From Anolis carolinensis (taxonomy: Eukaryota), in NCBI RefSeq assembly GCF_035594765.1, contig NC_085841.1:91683574-91747573 (forward strand): a stretch of 64,000 nucleotides of DNA, in the 5' to 3' direction. Below the pieces are notes generated by a model. That model saw only the letters and a list, made by a program, of their open reading frames with translations. It was not told the origin of the DNA and did not search any database. The position numbers and the translations under genes are program-made. Positions 52,739 to 64,000 of this stretch are shown here, piece by piece; position 1 is the stretch's first letter, and each line of letters opens with the position of its first letter.

Positions 52739-53652
52739 TGTTCAGGCCTTAGTGATGGGGTTATATGTCTGTAAAATGTTCATTGTTTTTGTGATTTGTT
52801 TTACTGTAAGTTGTTAATGTATGTAAATAAAAATTATTATAATGGGGAAAAAAACTGTGATGGCTCAATTCTTTGGAATCCTGGGAGTTGTGCTTGGTGA
52901 GTCATAATCACATTTTAGCAAAGAAGGTTAAAGACCTTGTAAAACTACAACTCCTTTAATTCCATAGCACAGACCCATGGTAGTTAAAATAATGTGAAAT
53001 TGCACAAATTTTACAATGTCTATGCATCCCACAGTCTGCTTCTTTAGATGCATGGAGTGAAATGTCTAGGTACAGACCATTATAGGCATACTGTATGTGA
53101 GAATAGCCACACAGTGCGTATCTTTTAATAGAAAATTTCACATTAATTCTAACACCCTGCAAATGAATTATTGGCATGGTTCAGCCCACTCTTATGTCCT
53201 TTTGTTGTGAAATGTTGATCTGGAAGTCTACCAGTGAAAAGAGAAAGCTCTGCCTTAGAGTTCCTGCATGCAGGCTGCCAATGGAATGCTTTATATATTG
53301 CACTTATACCCATTTCATTTTCTTGTTTACAAGCTCACTGAAGGCCACCCGAGTGTAGAAACCACCAATATTATATTTTATTTAAAAACCCCTTTCTCTG
53401 CACTGCTTTATCAGGCATTCAAATCATGTTGCAATGTATGTGAATAGGAAAAGGCAAATATTCATCTCCCTGCAAGCGGTCTTCATTTATGTGAATGCAT
53501 ACAACAGAATCTGATATTCCACATAGTTCAAATGCTGAGAACATAATTGTTATCCCAAGAGAATATTCTCCATCATACACACTTATGAATGCAATCATGC
53601 TGTATTTGTTAAATGGGATTGTTCGTTGTCATGATGGTGGCATGAAATATTT

Positions 53653-53784
53653 NNNNNNNNNNNNNNNNNNNNNNNNNNNNNNNNNNNNNNNNNNNNNNNN
53701 NNNNNNNNNNNNNNNNNNNNNNNNNNNNNNNNNNNNNNNNNNNNNNNNNNNNNNNNNNNNNNNNNNNNNNNNNNNNNNNNNNNN
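53653..53784. other. Assembly gap
   Basis: Run of N. Confidence 1.
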
Positions 53785-54588
53785 AGGCCAAAATTATGGA
53801 TTTTGATATGATCCATGGATGAGTTAAGGGTCATTCTTTGGAGAGGGAAAACAGTAATGCCAACTCAGGGAGGCATCTGTCATAGCCAGCAGTTTATCTG
53901 GCCTGGCTTGGCTGCTGCTGGGGGCAGATTTCCAGCAGTACTGTAGGAAGCTTGGAAGGGGTTAATCTGATCTTCCCCTTAAGGAAAGCATCACAGGATT
54001 CTGGGATTATCTGTGAAGACTTGCTGAAATGATCAGTAGCTGAGATTTCTTGACAAAAGGGGTCTAGAAAATAATAGCAATTTGGTAGCAGATAATGTTG
54101 TACCTTTGTACTCTTGTCCTGGATCTTGGCTATGCTGCCCCTGGGTTAGAATTTTGGTCTCTGACCTTGTTCCTGTAATTCTGTTCTGGACCCTGTTGTA
54201 CCCTGAATCCTAGACTCTGATGTTGACTCTTATAATCCCTTTCTGGACTCTGTGGTATCCTGAATTTGTGACTCTGATTTCTGGAGTGACTTCCTGCCTT
54301 GATTTAGACTTGGAATTTGGTTTGTATCCTTGTTCTTGTTTTATGAACTCTAATAAGTGAATTTCTGGCATCTGACTATTGAACTGCAACTTTGGCTACT
54401 GTTTGTTCTTGCTCCTGACTTGGTTTATCTGCATTAATTGAACTTTTGACGTTGGCTTGTGTTAATTGTTAGGCCAGCTGTGTGCTGCAATTCTGTTTCG
54501 TTAGCCAGAGCTTGAAAGTCTTTAGTCTTATCTTGTGTTTGTTTAATTAATCTCAGCCCTGATACCAGGAGAGTTCTGGAACACAACA
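53785..54588 (+). mobile_element. Old LTR-like remnant (family C), 5' end lost at or near the gap
   Basis: GACTCTG/GACTT-rich, T-rich U5-like composition as in families A and B; ends ...CACAACA. Confidence 0.4.
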
Positions 54589-56194
54589 GCATCTACTCCT
54601 GGCCACTGCCATTATTTCTTCACCTGGCGTTATATAAAAAGGCCAGAAGCAGTGATATAGCAGAGAGAGTAATGGGAGCCAGTGCTTCTTTTATGATCTC
54701 TTGAGAGTAAACTTTTGCCTTTCATCACTCTACTCAGGGAAGGGACAATTTCTTTTTTGATAAGTGTTAATGATATTCACATTGATCTATGGAGAAGTCC
54801 ACCCAGATTTCTTGACTCATTAATGAATATATAGGATGTGTAGCTAAATAAATAAGTGTACACCAAAATATAAGAAAAACTGCAGAGTTAGATCTAATGG
54901 TCCACTATTGTGTTCATAGAGTGGCCACCCAAATGCTCATGTAAAGCAGAAAAGCACCACATGAGTGCAACAACACCATACTATTTATGCTTCCAGCAAC
55001 TAAAATCCAAGTATATCATCCAGACATGGGAGTTAACAGCTATCAATAGCCTTATCCTCCATGAAATTATCCAATCTCCTCTAAAGCTGTGCAGGTTGTC
55101 AGTTATCACCACATCTTTCAAAGAAATTGCAAATTCCACAGTTTTAACTGCACACTCCCAGAAGGAGTGTTTCCTTTAATCTACCCTAAATCTTCCACTA
55201 TTTAGCTTCAATGGATGACCCTATGGCTTAATCCAAGGCCTGATCCACTTAGGATTCATCAACTATATTTTCAAATAACAGAGTCTGAGGTTGAGAGCAA
55301 TTTTACTGAATGCAATGCTGATTAATGGATGCAGATAATGGACCACAGCAAAGAAAAGCTATCACAATGTCCCTTCTGTTGTGAAGACTGCCAGGTCACG
55401 AAGGAAAAACACTCCTTCTGGCCCCACATTTATCATGCACTTTAGGTCTCTTCATTTTCTTGGGTGGAAACCAAATAAGACCTGCACCATTGGAGCTTTA
55501 AACTTCTCTCCCATGTCTAATCTGCTAGAACAGCTAAACAATGAGAAGCTCATTTCTCCTCTTGTGTCTGAATACTTTGTGTGTATGTGTGCATGTTACA
55601 CACTTTTAACATACCCCCAACTGTTCTAATTTGACAGGGACAGACATTATTTTTCTGTTATCCATTTTTTAAAATTGTTTTTAAAATGGTCATCCCCTTC
55701 TCCCACTTTCCTCCTTTGTTCTTGGCTGCAAATTGAATTCATAGTGCAATCAGTTAACTTAGCAGGGGGGAATGAGAGGATGAAGCATAGTTGTGCCCTT
55801 CCCAGTAGGCTCAGGCAGAAGTAAGTTGCTGCAGTGTCCCATAGTTTATGTATTCTTCATTCCTAATAACTTTTCCCATCAAGATCACACTCTGATCTTG
55901 CGGGCATGACCTCCTTTTCATCTGCAAAATGTTGAAGGGTATTTTCAACACCTGACCCCGGGGGCACTCCACTTTGATGGTTTGCTATCCCAGCTGGTCA
56001 TTACTGGAAGGCCATCCCTGGGCCCCCTAGGAGAGAGGCAAACCCTAAGGGAGATAGTTTGGGGAACCCACTAAGCCATAGAGCCTACAGAGATAACCCA
56101 AAATCCCCCATTCACCCCAGTGTGGAAGGGTGCCAAGGTGTACACCAATCCAAGTTCTCCCCCTCTTCCTGCCACAAAAAGACTCAGGTGTCTG

Positions 56195-57265
56195 CAGAGG
56201 AGGTCCAAGGTAATTTTAAAGTATAAGCGAACAGAGATTTTGGTGCCCCTCCCCCAAAACCAATAATAAACCAAAATAAAAGCATTGGATAAGTGATAAT
56301 GTTGGATAATAAGGAGGGATTAAGGAAAAGCCCAAATAAAGAACAACAGGGGAAATCCAGACAGGAAGCAATCAGGGAGAGCTAACACCTCCCAAAAAAG
56401 ATTCTCCCAGGCAAGAGGAAGCCAGGCCTTGAAGTCACAGGGCCATTAAATGCTAATCAAGTTGATTAATTACAACATCCACACATGCCTCCCAACAGAC
56501 AAGAGCTCTTTCTCCCACCCTGGACATTATTCCACAAACAAATAAACTCCACTTGCCTTGCTTCCAACAGACAGCAGCAGGCTCCGAAGTGCCCGACATG
56601 GGCTCCGGAAGGCCCGCCTGGCCCACTGGAAGGGCTGATGCGGGCTCCAGAAGGCCCAGAGTGGGCTCCGAAAGGTCCGCCCAGCCCACCCAAAGGGCTG
56701 AGGCGGGCTTCAAAAGGGTGGGCTCCGCAGAAAAGCGGGATTTCTCTGCCTGGCAAAGTGGAGATCAGCTCCCTTCCACCCAGAAGGAAGCCCATCTCCA
56801 CCTTGCCATGCAGAAACGCCGTGTTTCTGGGTGGCAAAGTGGAGATCTGCTCCCTTCTGCCCAGAAGGGAGCAGATCTCAACCTCTCCATGCAGAAAGGC
56901 GGCGTTTCTGGGTGGCAAAGTGGAGATCAGCTCCCTTCTGCCCAGAAGGGAGCCCAACTCCACTTTGCCAATCAGAAAAGCCACATTTCTTTGCTTGGCG
57001 AAGTGGGAATCGCCTTCCTTCTGGCCAGAAAGGAAGCGATCCCCACCTCGCCAAGCAGAAAAGCGGGGTTTCTCTGCTTTGCAGACTGGGGATCACCTCC
57101 CTTCTGGCCAGGAAGGCGATCTCCACTCTGCAAAGCAGAAAAGTGGCGTGGGGATAGTTTTTTGGGCTGCCGCCGCCACCGCCGCTCGGGGCGCCTCCAT
57201 GGTGCCCCGGAGAACAATGCGCCACAGGCGACGGCCTAATTGGCCTTGCTGATGGACCGCCTCTG
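56195..57265 (+). mobile_element. Composite non-autonomous hAT element with captured MITE and Penelope fragments and a palindromic minisatellite
   Basis: TIRs CAGAGGAGGTCCA / TGGACCGCCTCTG (12 of 13 match); perfect TSD GGTGTCTG (56187-56194, 57266-57273). Confidence 0.88.
56752..57145. repeat. ~81-83-bp tandem repeat, about 5 units, each self-complementary
   Basis: Units start at 56752, 56833 and 56914 (period 81): GGCAAAGTGGAGATC..CCCTTCTG/CAGAAGGG..ATCTCCAC.TTGCC. Confidence 0.85.
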
Positions 57266-59642
57266 GGTGTCTGCCTATTGTCTTTTCTCCCCCCTCACCT
57301 CCAGAGCGAGCTCCAAACCCCTTTTAAGATCCGCTAAGAATATGTTGTTCCCTTCCACTGATAGATGCACCCTGTCTGGTCTGTAAAGCTCTGGCCTATG
57401 GAAAACGATTTCTGGATGAGGGAGGGACTGGCCTGTTAATTTCTCCACACCCTTACTTAGTTGCCTATTTACCTTTAGTCTTGCCCTCTCTATTGCCCTA
57501 CATTCAGGTGTGTAATGCTTACAAACCCATGGCAGGCTGCTGCCTTTTCACACCACACAATTATAGCACTATTGTTCCACTTTGACTGCTATGATTCCAT
57601 CTTATGGAATCCTGGAGTTTGCAGTATAGTGTGTTACTAGAGGAACTCTCAGGTTGGGAATTCTAAATGCCCTTCCCTAAACCGCTGTTCTCAGGCATCC
57701 ATAGGATGGAACCATGGCAATTTAATTGGAATTATATCACTCAAATTATGGAGTGTGAACAGCTTTAGGTATCTGAAAATAACTTATATGCTCGTGCTAA
57801 TTTTTAGAATTACTGAAAGGGATAATATTTCCTTTATGTACCTTTTCCAAACCATGTATACTTCTATGTCTTCCTTTTTTTCTAAGGTAAAAATGTCATT
57901 ACACCACTTTGAACATTTGGTGTGTTGTTTTTTTAAACGATTTCCAGATTTACAGTACCCATTTCTAGGGAGTTCATGACATGAGGCTGGCAAATTGCAA
58001 CTACAGCAGGACAGGGGTGTCGTAGCTTTGGACATAAACACATGATGTTGTGCTGTTTCCACCATTCTCCCAGTGGCAGACTGCTGGAAGGTGTTTCTTT
58101 ACAAAGGGAGTTTATTAAAAGATTATTTGTATTTGTAAAAGAAAGATTTTCCTGGTTATTTCACACCAGGAGAGTAGCTGGAAAAAAACAGCATCCTAGG
58201 CAAAGACTTTGTTATTCTGCTGCAAATCTGATTGCCCGCCTTATATGATAAAACTCCTAGACAGAATGACCAGAACTACAGACAGCATTTCATGTCTGGG
58301 CACAATATGGATCTGCATTAGGCCAGTATGATATTAGCCATTTTATTTTAAATTCCCGTTTTAAATTATAGCCATCATGGAATTTGTCCCTCTTTATGGT
58401 AGCTGTGTGCTGTGCACGGCATTTTTAAATCAATCTAAAAGTTCACAGTTCATCAACAACAGCTCAGATCCTGCCAATGTATATGAGAAGCTGAAATTTT
58501 ATTGACCCAATATGCATAAGTTTACACTTGTTTACATTAAGCCTAATTTGCCTATTTCTCCAGGTTGGACAGATCCACTGGAGCAATTCCCAATCCATGT
58601 TTGTTCTGAACATCTTAAAATTGATGTTCTTGGTAAATGTGGCTACCTTACCACTTGCCCCAAATCATTTGTGAACACATTGGCGTAAAAAAGGAAAGCC
58701 CTTGGGAAATCCCATATTTCACATCCCTTTATTGGAAGATCTGCCTATTCATGCCAATTCCGTTTTCTATTCTTTAGCCTGTTACTGAGCCATAAGAACA
58801 CGTCTCTCATTTTTCCATATTATTAGGTTTATTCAGAGAAGCTTAACATCATCAAAAGCTTTTTTGGAAATCCATATGCTCATAAACCTTCAAAACGAAA
58901 ATGGGAGTGGGATAGGGATTACCTTTACAGGCACCTACTCATTCCTTTTCTCATGACTTGTTTTTCTAAATTTAAAAAAATATTTCTACCAGTGTACCTG
59001 GAACATACATTAAGCTAATTTCCCTCACTTCCTGTTGTCTCACCCTTGTTCTTAACTAGGAGTCATTTGTAAGTCAGATGTTTGTAACTCGGGGACTGCC
59101 TGTAGTTTCCTGGATCCAGTCTGATTCCACTTTCAAATTCTACTTTTACATTGCCATTTTACATCCTTTTGCACAGATGTCTCATCTACCGGCATAACAG
59201 ATTCCTTAGCCTCTAAGTCCTCGCTCAGGTTACTGCTGGATCCCAAGCTCATGATGCCACCCAGGGCTACGATGCTGGGCTATAAGAAGTATTTGTGATC
59301 AATCAGATCTACTTCCTCCTTTCCTGTTAGGTAAAAGCTAAAGACAAAAGTGCTCTGACTTTGGGCATTATGATTCCTCAAGTTCTAGCAAGATGAATGC
59401 TAAATGTAAATGAGGTAATAGTAGTAAACATAGCACAATTAAGTTGATATAAAAGGTTATTATTTGGGATTTAAAGGCCATATTTGCACCAGCACAACCA
59501 AACCGCACCTTCCTTGTGCATTCAACAGTTGCCCTAGAAGATTCGGACTCCTCCAAAAGAGCATCTGATACCTTTCTGTTTCAGTTTATTGCATTGCAAC
59601 ATAAGCAGAACCCCCATACAGGCAGAAGAACATGCTCTAAAC

Positions 59643-59953
59643 CAGTGGTTCCGCTTCTTTCCTCAGAGCTGACCATTGCATTGGATAGGCCACATCAGCT
59701 CTAGATTATTAAATGTGGTTTTCTGTGGGTGAGCAGATGGAGACTACTAGATGGCATATGTTGTTTCAGAAACTAGAACTGATGTAGTCTATCCAATGCA
59801 ATTCTATGAATCGGCACCCCAAATAACCAAACCGAATCTAAAGTTGACGAAAAACTGATTTGTAACACTTTTGGTACTATTCTTGGAGAGTGGCCCTGGT
59901 CAAAGTGGTTCCTGTCAAGTGGGCCCTGGTCAAAAAAAGGTTGGATACCACTG
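59643..59953. mobile_element. hAT-Charlie-like MITE
   Basis: CAGTGGTTCC ... GGATACCACTG; TSD CTCTAAAC/CTCTAGAC (7 of 8 match). Confidence 0.8.
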
Positions 59954-60769
59954 CTCTAGACATATGCACAGGGCTCCATATGCCACTGACTGAGGACACT
60001 AATTTATTCATTTATATTCATAACTATAAATTAAATATATTAATAATTTCAGCAATGTGCACACACCAAAACATGAAAAAGATTGAAATGCTTGGCATTC
60101 CAGGAATCACATCAAGATGTTAAGGCTTAATAAAATTAGTACCTGACCTATTCTGTGATATCTTCAATTACTGTGACTGAGATTCCTGGTCTTCATGGAA
60201 AACAGAAGGCACAAAAGACAACTAATGCAGCTCCATCTGTTCACTCAAATAAATGCCCTCTGCTGTGAAGAACTGGTGTGCAGGCAACAAAATGGGCCCA
60301 CTTATCAACCTCACACTACAGGCTCCTAAGGAACCAAGCTTTTGATGATAGGACAGAATCACATCTTTTCCTCACAGGTATTGTTTGGATTTGACATTAA
60401 ATTGGTTGATACATCTTTCTTAATTTTTTTTTGCATACTTCACTTGGGATACTTTTTTTAAAAAAAGAAGCAATATTGTTTTTAAAGATCTAAATGAAGA
60501 TTATACAGAGGAAAATAAATTTCTAAATAATAGGTAAATGCAAAGCAACCTTCAATTTGTAATCAGAAAATCTGTAGTGATCACTGTGACTTTTTTTAGT
60601 AGAGTCACTCCATTTTTTCTTGCCAACCTACCCACTCCCAGAAAAGAGAAATAAAGCTAGCTGTTATAGGAAATCTTGAAATGCTCACAGAGCAGATCCA
60701 TAGCTAACTGCATATTTATTCTGGTAAGAGTAGAAAAGATGTTCCGTTATAGATAAAGGCTTATGAATG

Positions 60770-60862
60770 CTTTGAATGCAATTTCCTGCTTCTTGGCAGG
60801 GGGTTGGACTGGATGGCCCATGAGGTCTCTTCCAACTCTACTATTCTATGATTCTATGATTT
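60770..60862 (+). mobile_element. CR1 3' terminus
   Basis: GGGGTTGGACTGGATGGCCCATGAGGTCTCTTCCAACTCT followed by ATTCTATG repeats. Confidence 0.85.
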
Positions 60863-61067
60863 TCAAAAATGCTTTTCCTTAAAAAAATGATCATCTTCCT
60901 TTCTTTATTGTCACACCCATAGGGTGACTTTTAATATTTTGAAATATTATGGTTGTTCCTGGATAAAATCTTTGGCTAAAGCATTTCCACTTGCCAAAAT
61001 GTATAAATGATGACTAGTGCTTTTCACTGGCAAGTCACATGAGATGTTACTAAGTTTTTTAAGAAAG

Positions 61068-61289
61068 TGGTAAAGGTAAAGGTTTCCCCTGACGTTAAGT
61101 CCAATCATATCTGACTCTGGGGGTTGGTGCTCATCTCCATTTCTAAGCCGAAGAGCCGGCGTTGTCCATAGACACTTCCAAGGTCATGTGGCCGGCATGA
61201 CTGCATGGAGCACCGTTACCTTCCCGCCTGAGCGGTACTTATTGATCTACTCGCATTGGCATGTTTTTGAACTACTAGGTTGGCAGGAG
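61068..61289 (+). mobile_element. Sauria SINE, truncated
   Basis: GGTAAAGGTAAAGG start; closely matches 25976-26190. Confidence 0.9.
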
Positions 61290-64000
61290 TATGTACAAAT
61301 AACATTAGCAGCTATGCCATTGTTACTAAACAATAACATGAAGCTGCTGTCTACATTCTGCGACCATGTTTGAATAGGCACCACATCTTCTGATAAGACT
61401 TGGTCAGGCAGAGACCAAGCGGAATTCATGGTGGACTACTGCATCCTCACTGAATGTATGATCCCTCAAAGAAAACAAAATTTGGAAGGTACCTCAAATG
61501 TGATCTAGTTGAAGCTTGTGCTGGCACAGAAAACCCTTTTGTAATGGCATTACTGATAAAGCTATCCAGACTCCTCTCAAAGATTTCTGATGAAAACTGG
61601 CTGGAGCACAAGTGGTACAAGACATCCAAGACTCACTTTGGGGATGGTCAAATATGCATGAGAGCCCAGAGTTGTACATTCTGCATAATACTGAAGTATT
61701 TGTTTTTACAGCCATCATTATCGCCTTGAGTAGCTATTAGACTCGGCTTTTCTGAATGGTTCAGGGGCTGCTTTAATCTACTGCACTGAAGTCAGCATTA
61801 AAATGCTCAAGGGCTTAGATTGAATTTGCTAAATATTTTGAAGACAAAAATGCATGCTTCAGCCTGATGTCACCATGGATGCTAGTATTATTGATTATAA
61901 TGATGACGATTTTGCTTTCTATCCTGCCCTTTCCCCAAGTCAGGACTAAAAGCTCACAACAATAAAAAACCATTTAAAATCCATAAGATACAAACTTAAA
62001 CCAAGAATAAACAAAACAAATAATCTTAAACACATACATGCCAGCACAATAATTAGTATGATACAGCACAGTCTTTTTGGTAGGACTATCTTATCTAGTC
62101 AATGATCAAAGGTCTGACTTAACTGAAAATTGTTTTTTGTTAACTGAAAGTTTTTTGTTGTAATAAACTGACCAAGATTATCACATTGCCAGCCATTACG
62201 GCATTTTGCAAAATGTATGTTATCAAATACATAACCAAAGACAACTTCACTATGAAGAAATCTTATTAAGAAAACAGTGATAGGGTTGCCTTGGATGCAC
62301 TGTAAGTTGGAAACAAATTGAACGTGCACAACCACTGAAAACTCTGAAAGCACACACAACCTTTGTTAGAATGCTCACCAGGGACAAGTTTAAATACTGA
62401 GCCAAATTCTGACAAAAATTGAAATCATGAATGATCCACATATCTGAGTTTCCAAAATTATCTCCCAGCAAGAGTGGGTGGGTTGCTGGTAAGCTAATGG
62501 TTATTAATTTCTGAATACTTGCAGCCTTTGGATTGCAGTAAGCCTGTAAAACCTATAAATGTGATGAACCTTAGTCTTATCTTGAAAGGAATTAATCATA
62601 CCCTTAAGCAGAACTGGTAGAAAGTGCTTTGTCTTAAATACTAAGCGATCCTGGAAACATTTTCTTGCTTTGTAGATATAATAGGTTTAAAAAAAACCCA
62701 GGGTAAGATAAAATTCAGCTCACCTGTGGTCCAGAAAAGCACTTAAAACAGATAGAATCAGGAAGACTCATAATTATCTGTGTCAAAGAGCAGGTTCATC
62801 TCCTACCCCAGTGATACATTCTACTGAGTCCATTTTATTATTTTTCATATTAATGTGTACATGAATTTTACTGAAAAAGTGGAAAGCTGATTTTGCTAAT
62901 AACGGTGCAGAAAAGAAACATTGCCTGTTTCCCATCTTCCACCAACGAGGCATTGTGGGGGATATTGCCAAGGCCATTGCAGCCCATTGAGTTCATTTTC
63001 CCTAGGCTGCTCTTCATCTTTGTTGTGGATTCTTAGAGCTCCCAGAGGCATGTGACAACTTAACATAGCTATTTTTAAAATCTCGTATAATGTCTCTGTA
63101 TTATGAGCTAACGCAGTGTAGTGGTTTCGAGCACTGGATACAAGGAACTTCCACACTCACATATGGTCTCGATTTTGCATCCCAGGTGCAAGATTGAGTT
63201 TGTTTTGTGGCACAATAGAGACTCCCTAAGCCACGTTAGTAGCAGCAGGGAGTCCCCACTGGACAGGGGCCCTGAGAGACACCCCCTTCCTCACATGTTA
63301 GAGTTGTTCCTAGCTGTGATGTGACTACTTACCTTAAGCAAAACTGGCAGCAATCATCCTGATCGCCATCCCATGCTTCCCAAACTCAGATGGCCCAGGG
63401 ACATAGGATGGCTGTCCCCTCCCCTTCCCCTATGTTGTGGCTGTCCCCAGCCATGACATAACAACTTACTTAGAGATCTAGCAGCCTTCTGCTAGGCTCT
63501 GGGCTGGGAGGAGGGATTGGGTGGGGGGATTCTCCAATCATCACTAATAATCATCAGTGGCATTCTCCTTTTCAATTCCCTTTCCTCAGTTTTTCCTATA
63601 ACAGAAGCCCTAACATGCAAAATAATGATTCAGTAGCCTCATAATGTTATCTTCAGACTAAACCATTTCCTTTAATATGAAAACATATATCTACATGGGG
63701 AGGGGTGTTCAAAGACAGAGGGTGGTTTTCCAGAAGTTATAGCCCTAGAGATATCTAGCTTAGCTCTTTCTGGGAAAGTGGAAACAAATGGCACTGCAGT
63801 GGGTCAGAATGAATTATACATCCCAATGATTACCTTGCAGCTAGTGATATCTCTACTGAGAAGACCAACATTAATTCAATACAAAGGCTAAGATACCAAG
63901 TAGTTTTCATCAATCACAAAGTAATGAAAGTTAAAGAATATGGAACCCAGTAAGTGTAACAATGGTACACATATTTATGATATTTTACCTTACTAGAGAG

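Larger units (their letters stand above)
49377..52852 (+). mobile_element. L1-clade LINE ORF2 (APE endonuclease + RT), 5'-truncated and decayed
   Basis: EN motifs DFIFLQE, ARGVAVLI, IVAGDFN, TRIDYIF, SDH; RT motifs DQCGFVKGR, LDIYKAFD, QGVRQGCPLS, LFADD, IKYLGV, GGLGIP; many stops and frameshifts; AATAAA and A-run near 52826-52852. Confidence 0.9.
49326..53030. mobile_element. Palindromic Harbinger-like MITE split by an L1 insertion
   Basis: Left arm GGTGCATCTACACTGTAGA..GCAGTTTGACACCACTTTAAC (49326-49372); remainder resumes at 52853 and ends TTTTACAATGTCTATGCATCCC. Superfamily assignment is tentative. Confidence 0.6.

Noticed and set aside
56752-57145. CRISPR-like array of palindromic repeats
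   Set aside because: No unique spacers, eukaryotic context, and it lies inside a TSD-flanked transposon.
56453-57252. Several long overlapping ORFs (up to 255 aa) on both strands
   Set aside because: Produced by a GC-rich 81-bp (27-codon) palindromic tandem repeat inside a hAT element; no protein motifs.

Overview
Vertebrate genomic DNA, almost certainly a squamate and most likely Anolis (Sauria SINEs plus a lizard-type TE repertoire; the species call is inference), with two N gaps. The only host coding sequence I found is a 138-bp internal exon of NKAIN2 on the minus strand (25621-25758), so the rest is read as intronic. The main feature is a young, CpG-rich Ngaro-type tyrosine-recombinase retrotransposon (~15.05-22.63 kb, + strand) with gag (Cys/His knuckle), RT/RNase H, tyrosine recombinase and an intact SGNH hydrolase ORF. 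Its only clear lesion is a 976-bp solo LTR (TSD TATAC) inserted in RT. A second copy of that LTR sits inside a four-layer nest (CR1 > Tc2-like MITE > LTR family B > LTR family A). The most novel-looking signal is that both family A LTRs keep a 91-codon U3 ORF ending in RRSARIAAK, which resembles the HMGN nucleosome-binding core RRSARLSA; all changes across that motif are synonymous. The different family B LTR carries a similarly placed ORF with RRSRHL. Also present: a unidirectional YY1-motif array and splice signals in the Ngaro element that suggest a Gag-SGNH fusion, structured UTRs, composite hAT elements with different cargo, a decayed L1, CR1/L2/Penelope fragments, MITEs and a degenerate Penelope hammerhead.
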